Below are positions 52,959-64,000 of a DNA stretch of 64,000 bases, piece after piece. Made by a program: the position numbers and the translations under genes. The stretch comes from Monocercomonoides exilis PA203. Taxonomy: Eukaryota > Protista > Preaxostyla. The stretch covers positions 186,001 to 250,000 of the forward strand of contig LSRY02000009.1 of assembly GCA_001643675.2 (NCBI GenBank), written 5' to 3'. How positions within the stretch are numbered: the first letter of the stretch is position 1; each line of letters starts with the position of its first letter. Below the pieces are notes generated by a model. The model saw nothing but the letters and a program-made list of their open reading frames with translations, was not told where the DNA came from and searched no databases.

Positions 52959-55900
52959 CTATCCCGCATCAAGCAACCCCATTTCAGTAATATCTCGAAC
53001 AATTTCTGATTTCTCTTCTCTTTTCTGATTTCTCTTTTTCTTTTTCTTCCTTTTCTTTGGCTTTTCCTCCTCTCTTTCTTCTTCTTTGTCTTCTTTCACC
53101 ACTTCCTTTGCTTTATCCAATACCTTGTTAACAACTTTTTCTTCTGAATCTTCTCCAATCATCGAAAAATTGCTGTTTTGTGCTGAACATATCCCAATAT
53201 AATACTCTGTTGGCATTCCATTTCTTCCATCCTCAGAAGTGACTCCACCCAACTCCTCCAATCCAGCCTCGGATACTTCCTTCTCATCCCCAATTTCATC
53301 ATCCTCTTCCACATGTTTCCGCTTTTTCCCCTTCTTTCTCTTCCCCCTTTTCACTTTTCTATCTCCTTTTGAAATGCTCTCATCTTCCTTTCCCCCTGCA
53401 AAAGAACCGATCTCCATGTTTCCATCCTTTTCACGACTCAGAAGCGAGGCAACTGTCTGCATTTCAATATAATTCACTGGTGCCACCGCTATTATTTCTT
53501 CACGATCAAATCCACTCTCCACCATTCCTTTGTTCTCACACACATTCAGCTCCTCACCTTTCTCTGTTAGCACTCTCATCTCATTCCTCATTTCTCCTGC
53601 CAATAATGTTCGCATCTCCCCCTCTTCTTCCTCTTCCTCCTCAACTCTTTCTGCAATATCTTCTTTTCTCCATTCCCCTTTCCCCACATTCTTTGTTATT
53701 TCGATATCTCCATCTTCAACTCTCCTTCCACCTCTATTCTCCTTCCTTCTTTGTAACACAATTACCACAACAATCACAAATAACAGAATCACAATTACAA
53801 CAATGCACCCAATAAAAGCAACAAAACTCCATTCAATTTTATCCTCTCCTTCAGACATTCTTTCATCAACTTTTGCATCGATCTCACTTTTGTTTTTCAT
53901 GATTAATGAATGAGTAGATGATGGAGATTCTGCTTTTCCAAACAATATGCACACACTTATTTCTGATTTATTTTCCATCGTTTCCACCAGCTCTGACGAG
54001 ATATCAGAATGCACCTCGTTTTCCGACACGCATCCATCTTCGATCTTTTGTGTTTGGATATGTTCAACTTCCCCATCCTTCATGCTTATCTTCACTGACA
54101 GATTGCATGGAAGAAGCAGTTTCCCATGGATGCTCAAGTCCATGCCTCCGCTCGGCTGTGTTGTATTCTTCACTTCTTCCAGAACCGGGATGAAATACGA
54201 TGATTCTCTTTCTGATGTAATCCCTCCCATTTCGCATCCCTCATCCAATATCCACAATGAGGTATTTCTTTCCCATCCATCTCCCCCTTTCACACTCACA
54301 ACATTCAATTCACCATTCCCTTCACAAATCACATTCCTTCGAGCTGATGGATATCCTTCAATCGATGGATTGTTGTTCTCAAATTCTCCTTTCTCAATCT
54401 TCATACTCCCTCCACTCACCCACAACCCTCCTCCCTTGTTCTTCATAACTGTTGTTTCTCTCATTTCTACATTGCTCTTCTCAACATCAACCAATGACCC
54501 ATTCCATTTGCATAATCCCTCTTTTCTATTGTTTTCTTCATTGATAAACTCAATTTCTTTTTCTCCATCAAACACACAATTCACAATTCTCACATTCTTG
54601 GAATTCCTGACCTGCATCATCCTTCCCTTATCAACCGAATTTGCACATCTTCCAAATGAGCTGTTCAGCACACTCACCTCTTGCTCAGCATCTTCCATCC
54701 CAATCACGCATCCCTTCGACATCATAGTCACATTCTCAACTTTCATCTCTTTCATCTCCACTTTCGCCTTCCCTCCAACACTCACAACATTTCCCTCGCA
54801 ATTGATGTTCGACATTCTTGTTTCATCTATTGTCACATCTGATTCTTCACAAAATGAAATAACTGATAATTTTGAATGAATATCTCTGAATGTCGTTTCT
54901 GATATCTTCAGCTCTCCACTCTCCACACTCACAACCGAACTGTTCAACTTCATGAACTCAACTGTTGTTGTTGAAGAAGAGAAAAACTCACATTCTTGTA
55001 TTTTCGTTATTCCGTTCTTCACTTTCATAAGATAATTGTGAGTTGATTCAAATCCATCTTCAAATTGGAATGAGCACCTCTCCACGGAACATTCATTCAC
55101 AAACTCCATGATACAATCCTTCTCAGCTGATTTCTCAATCTTGGATTTCAATTTCACAATTGCCTGCTTCTTTTTGAATGAATTCACAACTAGATCTCCA
55201 ATAACACATTCTCCAGAAACAACCCCTTCTCCGTCAATCAGAATCGCATTCATCACTCCTTCCTGGATGTGATCAACCCCACAATTGATACTGGAACAAG
55301 GATTGGCCTGAGCTCCACATCGTCTGCCATCCGCCCCTGACCAGTTCAAAAACACTTGAAGGCCTTTGAAGAATGTGATTCGTGGAATCAGATCCATGTC
55401 TGTATTTCCCTCTATATCGCTCCCGCAGATGGAGTTGTCTGAGTTCAATGATTCCTGGTTGAAGTTCAAAGCAAACATCGTTTCGTTGATCTGTCGAATA
55501 ATTGAGTAGCATTTGATGAATATATCGTTCCCAACAAAAGCCTCATTCATATAAAACATGATATTCACAATGAAAATCCTCAGGCATGGTATCTGAGTTT
55601 CATCAGCATAGTTAACATTTGGATCGGCTCCATTGATAAACAGTCCTCCGCCGCGCCCTGATTCCGTCGAGCATCTGCACATCGAAAACGTGCTCCCATT
55701 CACTTTCAAAACAGATTCTTCGTTCTTCAGCTCCACTTTCATTCCACCTCCTTCATCACTCAAAGCGCTTTTGCAACTCTTCATTGCACACTCTTCTATC
55801 GTGCACTCCACTCCATTCTCAAATGATCCCACTTCAATGACACTAGCTCCAATCCCTTCCTTCGTTATGTTGGAAAATGAGCATCCAACAACTCTCAAAA

Positions 55901-58900
55901 CTGGTCTGTTGCCATTTGCATTTGAATGAGTGTTTTCCTTTTCATTCATCTGACTTTCTTCCTCCATCATCGATATCAGACTTCTTTCTGTCACACCAGC
56001 AAATGAAATGTTCACATTCTGAACAGTCACCTCAGTTGCAATTGGGCTGAAACTGATGAACCCTTTTAATCCATTTATCTTATTCAAAGTGCAGCTCTGA
56101 ATTGTGGCGCTCCCTCCATTCACTTTCATCACGCAATATCCTGCTGTCTCTATCAGCCCTGTCAACGATCCAAATGAACAATCCGTGACTGTCAAGAATG
56201 CATTTGTTCCTGACGATTCAATGAATACTGCATGATTGGTGGTTATGCTTGGTTTGGTGAATGATAAATTGAAGAATGACAGACTCACATTCGACGATAT
56301 CATTGAACCATCATCCAAATCATTCTCGTCTTCATCAGTAATTGTCACGCTTGTTCCTTTCTTTGTCCCTTCAATCACAACTTTTGGTGAATCTGAATCT
56401 TGTGAAGCTGGAGGCAATGAAGAAGAAAATGATATGGAATGGCTCAATAACCCCGATCCCACAATGTTGATGTGTGTTTCGCCTTTTCCAAGTGGCTCAT
56501 ATCTCAGAGAAATTAAGTGGTCAATCGATGAACATGGTGCTTCAGAAAACCCACACCCACTGAAGTCTCCTCCATTATCTTTCGAAACAAACCCATTCCC
56601 ACTCCAGTTCGTCCACAAATACACAACCAGTGGAATCACATATCCCTTTCCTGTTGTCTTCCTTTCCCATCCACACAGCTCATCCAATGACTTCTCATCA
56701 CTTGAACTCAACTCCTCTTTCAGTTTTTCGTTTGAAATAACATCGTCCAGCTCATTTCCCGATATGAACACTCTCTTCCCTTTCCACGCACTGCATCCCT
56801 CAAATTTCATTCCTTCCATCACAAATGATCCCATTGTATCTGCCAAGCTTACAAACATCCCTCCTCCTATTCCTCTTCCTTTCTGCAAGTTGTCCTCTGC
56901 TGGCACCTGGCATCCCGTGAACGTTACGCTTTTAATCTCCAAACTTCCTCCGTTCTCAGCTGAAATCATCATCCCTCCTCCTTTCATCCCACCTCCACCT
57001 GTGCATGTTGTTGAAATGCTGCAGTTATCCACAACCGCGCTTCCTTCTTCTTTAATTGCTGCACCAATGCATCCTCCTCCTCCGCTCCCGCCTTCCACCG
57101 TCACTCCACTCACTCTGCTGTTCTTAATGTTCAATTTCTCTCCGTTTGTCATCGTTATTGGCGACTTCCCATTCGTCGTCAGTGTTGTTGCAATTTCCAT
57201 CATCAATCCATCCACAATCAGTTCTCCTCCTGTCATGTCGATGATGCTGTATCCAATCTTTTCACTTGTTAATGCATTGCTTGCAAACGAGACAGAACAG
57301 CTTGTTATCGTGATTGTTGATGACGAAGAATGGACAAATGCACTCCTCCTTCCATTAATAACTTTGTTCATTACAAATGCCAAATTAGTCATTTCAAATG
57401 ATTTTGTGCACTCAATAAGACCATTTTGGCTAATTTCTCCTCCATCCTTCACCTCAACTTTCATCTTTTTTCCTGCTGTAACTGCTTTTCCTGTCAAGCT
57501 CACATCAAATGAAAGCACTTTCATTTCACTTTTTATTGAGGATTCAGAAGAAACCTCAACTTTTTGTAAGCCGTAATTAATTCTGTTAGTCACACAATAG
57601 TCAATTGTCAGACACCCAAACTTCTCAAATCCACAAGAACTGTGATCCAATGCCACCTCTCCTTTCCCATCGACAGTCAACTTCGATCCGATTGAGAACA
57701 AATACACAAACAGCGGAATCACTTTCTCATCTTTCCCATCCTCGCTCCCGCAAAACTTCAATTCATCCGATGGAATGGCGCTATTATCAAAAAATTTAAA
57801 AGAGTTTGCATTCACTTTTGTTCCAAGCAATATCGTTGAATCGCAACAAACAAACACATCCTTCCCATATTGTGCATCATTCAGCGATGAAGATGTCGAT
57901 GAAAACTTAACATTTTCTGCAATTTCCATCTTGCAGTTCGGACTTTCCATTGTCAGCATCATTCCTCCGCCTCTTCCTTTGGTTCCTCCTCCGTTGTTCT
58001 TCGCCTCGCATGAATCGATTGTACTCGTCCCATTCACAACAACACTTCCCTCTCCATCTAAGCTCACGCATATCCCTCCTCCTTTTCCAATCTCTTCTGA
58101 TTTCCCTTGGCAGTTGCAGTTTATTACAGTGCACGTTTCAATCACAACAATCCCAACCTTTCCCTCTCCTTCCCCAAACTGTGTTCCAACTGCTCCTTTT
58201 ATCAGCCCCCCGTCTCCATTAATCTTTCTAACGTTTGCTATGTTGCATCCTTTGAAATACACAACACTCACACCCGCCACAAACTCAACCAACGAATGCC
58301 CATCAAATGTCAGACCTTCTCTGATTTCAAATTGCTCCATTCTCAGTTTTCCCGCAAACGCATTTACAAAACTATATCCAATCGATTGGCCAACAACACT
58401 GTCTGGTGAACTTACAACAGAGCAGTCTGTGATATTGAACGATGGGGAGTGTGCCGAAATCATCGCCGATGCACTGGATAGAGCAGATGGAATGATAAAT
58501 TTTATCTTTTTAATTGAACATCTGCTTTGCACATCGATCAAAAAGTTTTCTGATTCAAAAGTTGTTGGCACCTTCACCTCGATTGCAGTCCCTTTTGTGG
58601 CACATGAAATATCCCATACATAGGCATCATCCATGGCAACCTTTTCGGCAAGCACGAATTCTGGATCTAACTCTATATTTTTATTTCCCCCTGAAAATCG
58701 TGCCCGTGCAGTGTGGGTGATGGTGGCACAAGGATAATAATCGAGCCCGCAAAACCAAGAGTCGTATCCACCCAGCCCATCCTTCCCCTTCCCCACATGC
58801 GCTGCACCAGATATTGTGTCCAGAAACACATTCAGTGGGAGCAGCCCCATTGATGTGTTACTCCGATCGTATCCCACAAGCTCATTGTATTTTGAACTGT

Positions 58901-61900
58901 CATGTTGGATATTCAGCTTTTCTGTTGCAATTGCCCATCTCGCTGAATCGCTCCCATTCACAAACACATAATTCCCACTCAATGAAGCAGTGCAACCTGA
59001 AAAGTCGACAAACACGATTGAGAAGTCGTGCGAGTCATCTGCCAGATGAAGCATAATCCCGCCGCCATATCCACTGCACTTGCATCTGTTGAATTTTGTT
59101 GTTTCACTTCCTGGAGCTGATGAAGTCCCTACCCGCAACTTGCTTGAAGGTGATAATAAATCAACCTTGATCCCACCTCCACTTCCTGCCTTGCACTCGC
59201 AATCTTCGATTGTCACATTCTTGACCACAAACGTCTCTCCAGCCTTCACACTCTTTGCCACAACCACCCCATCTCCACTTGTCAACTTCACATTCGTCAC
59301 CTTCATATTCGCCAGCACGCTATCTCCTGATGCTGTGGCTGTCAGATACAATGCAGATGAAGACGATGATGACAATGAAGAAGAAGAAGGAGAAGATTGA
59401 TCCGGCTCAGAGAACAATGGTTTTGACACATTCATATTAATGATCTCCACATCGGTTATCAACAGCTGCGACAGCTGCACCACAAACACTGACGACGATA
59501 TCACATAGTCTCCTGTTTTACTCGTGGTGATCACAACATCCTCCAATGAGAGTGACCCACTCCCATCAGATACCACAACCACGCTCGGCGAAGGGCTTGA
59601 ATTTGAGTTGCAATCAACCTTCATGTGACTCATTCCAAGATGGCCTGTCGTCACACTGAACAGCGTTCCTACCGATGAAAGTGTCCCTGTTCCAATCGAA
59701 CTCTTATCTTTGCCTGTCCCAATGACCGAAATCTTCTTTTCCCCAATCTCAATCGTTGTTGCCTCGCTTGTGTGATTCCCTTCCATCAGCGTGATTGTCA
59801 AGCTAATTTGTATCTCACACATCTCAAACGCCTTCTTCACTGTCAGACAAGGAAATGTCTCATTTGCCCCACAAAGAAAAGATGTATCATTTCCACTGAC
59901 AGAAACATAGATCGTTTTGTCTTTCAGCCACTCCTTCTTTTCCGTGTGTTGAAACGTCCAGGCACCTGCATTCGAGTAGTTGTATCCATAACATACTCTC
60001 TGTTCATCTGTGTTTGTTGTGTAACATTCATAGAACGGGTTATTCGAGGATAAATATAAATTGTAATTATCATAATACATCACATCACGCCCATATGGAG
60101 TGGCTGCAGAGCATTTGCATTCGTGAAAAAACAAAAAATAACAATAGATTCCATCATCAGGTGTAGTTTGTCTGTATGGATACAATCTCATTCCTCCACC
60201 ATATGCAGTTGCAGAGCAAGAAATGAACTGAATGCTCCTCATCTTGAATGCAGCTGGAACACTTTGGCAATACATCCCTCCACCGCCAGTGATCGAGAGT
60301 GTACATAAAGTGAAGAAACACTCAAACACACAAGCGCTCTCACCTTTCCCACTTTCTGTTCCAATACAGCCAGATCCAGAAACATCAAAAGATTGGAGAA
60401 ATAATCCTCCTCCATTATTTTTTGCAGAACATTTCTGGAATTCACATCCGCTGATCCGAACACACGCAGAAATCGAAAAAACACACAGCCCCCCTCCAAT
60501 ACGTGTTTCAGAGGAACAGGCACTGAATGAGTTGTTCTCAATCTCAACCGATTTGATATTTGCGCACATGACTCCTCCTCCTTGACTGTATGCGGTACAG
60601 TCATTAAAAGAACAAAATTTCACTGAAAGTGTTCCTGATGTCTTGCTATACATGTAAATTGCTCCACCATTTGAAGTTCCATCTGAATAAGAAGTTCCTG
60701 ACCCAGTTGTTTTTGTGCCATTCCACACGCACCAGGTGAATGAATTCGCCCCATTGTCTGCTATCTGCTGTCTCGCTGGCTTCGATGGATTCCCTTCACT
60801 CCCGCTGATAGCAATATTCCCTGATCGATAGCACCTGACAAACGAGGAATTCGAGGCGGTCAACGAAGATGAGGGGCTGTTCAGTGAAGGGACAATGCCC
60901 CCATCATAAACATCCCACACCGATGAAAATGAGCACCCACTCATCAGAAACACCCTTTGGCCCAACCCTTCACCCAGATATGTTGTTTTAGATGGATTTG
61001 TGGAGATGTTGAAGAAGGTCAGCTGAGTGAGAGATACAAGGCGTGTCAGGGGAGGTGCCAGAAACGGGGCTGAAGACACACAAAAAGATGAGAAGTGCGA
61101 TTCACTCACCAATACACTTCCTCCTCCTTCACTTTCTTTTTCTCTTCCTCCACCACTTCCTCCTTGTTCTCCTCTCTCTCCTCCTTCACCTCTTCCACTT
61201 CCTCTTCCTAATCCGGCTCTTCCTATTCCTCCACCTTCTCTCTCACTCTTCGTCTGCTCCATCCTCCCCCCTCCTCCAAACAGTCTCCCACACACATTTC
61301 CTCCCCTTCCAATCCCTCTCAGTGTGATGTTCCAAAACATTCCTCTGCACCCTCCCAGCTCAAACACCCCCGCCTCTTTGCCCTTCCCCATCTCTACACC
61401 GCATCCCCTCACCACAACCACACTCCCTCTCATTCCACATACAATCCTCCCAATTTCATCTCCAATCAGCTCAATCCCCTTCAACTCAACTGATGAATTA
61501 ATCAATCTCATATTTCCAATGATTTGACTTTGTTCGCTTATTCTTCCATAATCTCTGAAAGATAAAAGGGATTCAGTATTTCTGTGTTTGATTTGTTTGA
61601 AGTCTTTTACATTATCCAGATTTTCATTATTCTCTTTGTTTTTGAGCAATTCTTCATTGCCAAATGAGCACGCATCTTAAAATATTGAACATAGATTTGC
61701 ATCATAAAAATATATTAAAGGCAAAAATTGCATACTTTTCATCTGCATGTACTCATTCATATCACAGTTTTTATCATTGAAAACAACATTCGAACCAGGT
61801 GAATGATCGACTGTTGCCAATTGGTGGATATGATGACAATTAATAGTGTATATAAACACACATATCGTTACAATCAAATATCTCATGCTAAGTGTGAAAT

Positions 61901-61937
61901 GAACAATCAAAGAAAAGAATAATAAAATAATGGTCAT
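52959..61937 (-). CDS. Giant type I membrane beta-helix repeat protein (~2970 aa), charged low-complexity cytoplasmic tail, no kinase; exons 61937-61736 and 61675-52959
   Basis: A hydrophobic N-terminal exon is joined to the 2896-aa ORF by a 60-nt GTATGC..TAAG intron (61735-61676). It has the same GGG/N.A..G.D and CG....PC modules as 26606-34396 and shares the juxtamembrane block CKWNGSLV...IEKGEFENNNPSIEGYPSARRN. TM: WSFVAFIGCIVVIVILLFVIVVVIVL. The start could instead be the second Met (MRYL). Confidence 0.88.
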
Positions 61938-63002
61938 GACGAATTATCAATTTTTCCTTCTCTCTGTTCTGAAGTTTTTCAGGACTTTCCAACCATTTCA
62001 TATATATCAGAAAAAGATTTTTATTTTGGATGTGTTATGTTCAGAGCTGAGATAGATCATATTTTCTTCCATTTTCTAATTGTTGATTCATCAATCTTGA
62101 TATTTCCTTTGCTAACAGAAAACTGAAATAAAAGTTCATAATATTGTTGAAAGTTTCGATAATTTTCGAAGCGTACTGCACAATGGTGTTATTTATTTAT
62201 TAATTTTAAATAAATGTCCAGACAAGTCAAATCAGCTGAACGTTATTTTTTTTATTGAAGAAAGTGTTAGAAAGCCAGCTACACCGAAGAAGCATCAGTT
62301 GTCAAAACGGAAAAGAAGGAAAGTTTGATGTTTGCTTGCATTTTTATTTTTGTTTTTTTTTTGAGTGTTGATTAATTTTGTGATTTCAGTCAACTCAGAT
62401 GAATGAAATCAACAAAAACGAAAAAATGATGAATATGCGATTATTCAGTTGAATATCGAAGGCGGACAGCGAACTCCTTTCATGAAGGCAAGGGATAAAA
62501 GCATTGGGCGTTTGTGGAACTGTTCATTTTTTTGACAAAGAGTTAAAACATAATGGAGGTGAAAAGAGAATGAATGTCTCATTTTTCGCAGAAAAGTCTG
62601 AGATTGATTCATTTTAAGGTGAAACGACAGACAAAAGAGCGGTTAACGAACCTGTTGGAAAAGTGATTTGAAACAAGGAAGATGGAAATGAAGAGGAAAT
62701 TGGGAAGAAAATGGAAATAACTGAACATTTGACCTTTTTTGAACGGGAAAAGGAAGGCAAACAAGGAGCTTGCACAACACAATCGTTTGGGCCTTTCAAC
62801 AGGGACTGCGATGCTTGTGACTTCTGCTTTGGAGAATAGAACAGCAAATCTTTATAACTGAATCACCCATCAAATTTCTCAAAGATAACAGAAATGATTT
62901 TGCAATTTATCAACCAAAATGGGGTGAAAAATATGTTAATATCTTCGCTCTCAGTTTCTGAATTAGTCTTTTCACACGCATTTCATTCTCATAGTCGATT
63001 CC

Positions 63003-63171
63003 ATTTCTTCTTCTTCTCCTCCTCCTCCTTTATCTTCTTCTTCCTCTACTACTACTGCTGCTGCTGCTGCTGCTTCTTCTTCTTCTTCTTCTTCTTCTTC
63101 TTCTTCTTCTTCTTCTTCTTCTTCTTCTTCTTCTTCTTCTTCTTCTTCTTCTTCTTCTTCTTCTTCTTCTT
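63003..63171. repeat. Compound trinucleotide microsatellite (CTT/CTC/CTA/CTG then long CTT)
   Basis: Directly visible. Confidence 0.95.
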
Positions 63172-63866
63172 TTAGTTGAAAAAACGGTATTTATTCCAAA
63201 TAGAAGCTGAAATAAAGGAGAAGAAAATAACATTGTGATAAGATGAACAATCAATCAAAAGAATAAAATTGGACAAATTGGCAGATAAGCTTAATTATCA
63301 CTCATAATAATCAGACAAAGAAAGAAACAAGAGAAATGATTATTTTTCATATGGGAGAAGATTGGGAAAAGGGGGAATATCTTTGCGTATTTCAAAATTG
63401 TGTAGTATTAAATAAAAACATTCATCGATGCATTCAAATTAAAAGCGAATCAATTTGCTTTTATTTTATGAAACATTTTAATTTTTGAACAATTGAAAAC
63501 AATAAAATAAAAAATAATTTTTCTGAATTTTCTTAATTTTTTTTTCAATTAAATTTCAAAGAATTTCATCAAAATGATTTCAAAACAAAAGGATAAGAAT
63601 GAAATGCGAAAATACTTAAACGGCATTTAACAACAATAATTTAAACAAAAAATTTAAAAATAAAAAATGAAAAAATTAAAAAATAAGATAATTATCTCAA
63701 TTATCTTATTTTCTCTTTATAATCTGCTTAACGAATCATTCAAAAAAAGACTTGCTTTCATTGAATGAATCAAAATTGCAAAGTGCATTAAAATATACAT
63801 AAGAATAGCATTTGTATTCTCTTCCAAAAAAATTAGAAGATGAAAAAGAAAAAAATAAATAAATAT

Positions 63867-63914
63867 GAAAATGAAAAGGAAAAGGAAAAGGAAAAGGAAA
63901 AGGAAAATGAAAAT

Positions 63915-64000
<86 letters not shown>
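63867..64000. repeat. Hexamer microsatellite GAAAAN (GAAAAT, GAAAAG, GAAAAT, then GAAAAC)
   Basis: Directly visible; runs off the window end. Confidence 0.95.

Noticed and set aside
62200-62900. Coding-like purine-rich stretch upstream of the minus-strand receptor gene
   Set aside because: No sustained ORF or recognisable motif, and no termini found.
62894-63254. Poly-Phe and poly-Arg ORFs
   Set aside because: Translations of the CTT microsatellite.
63867-64000. Terminal GAAAAC repeat as a telomere
   Set aside because: Not a G-rich TTAGGG-type repeat, and it grades from other GAAAAN units; an ordinary microsatellite at an arbitrary window edge.

Overview
AT-rich eukaryotic genomic DNA with short spliceosomal introns and the standard genetic code (genes end in TAA, TAG and TGA). 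It looks like an oxymonad, Monocercomonoides-type protist; that assignment is my inference from gene-family style, poly-Ser tracts and intron style. A plus-strand block at 5.2-34.4 kb encodes a PDI with one degenerate active site, an NSUN6-like RNA m5C methyltransferase, a DUF5765-like membrane protein, a TVP15/COPI-associated protein, a CCDC180/CFAP76-like coiled-coil protein, a Ser-rich hypothetical protein and a 2596-aa beta-helix receptor with a pseudokinase tail. A paralogous ~2970-aa receptor without the kinase lies on the minus strand, and a GT25 glycosyltransferase is broken by a single in-frame TGA. The intergenic DNA is a layered set of mobile elements whose ends can be read from the sequence. 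(i) A ~1-kb near-perfect foldback element has a 3.3-kb hAT-type element (15-bp TIR, 8-bp TSD) inserted in it, and that element carries a decayed copy of what looks like a host gene-family member. (ii) A Merlin/IS1595 element with an 8-bp TSD interrupts a receptor pseudogene, and a 469-bp MITE shares its termini. (iii) A decayed DIRS1-type tyrosine-recombinase retrotransposon retains both ITRs and its internal complementary region. Several smaller MITE-like hairpins and microsatellites are also present. Family names come from motif recognition, not database searches.
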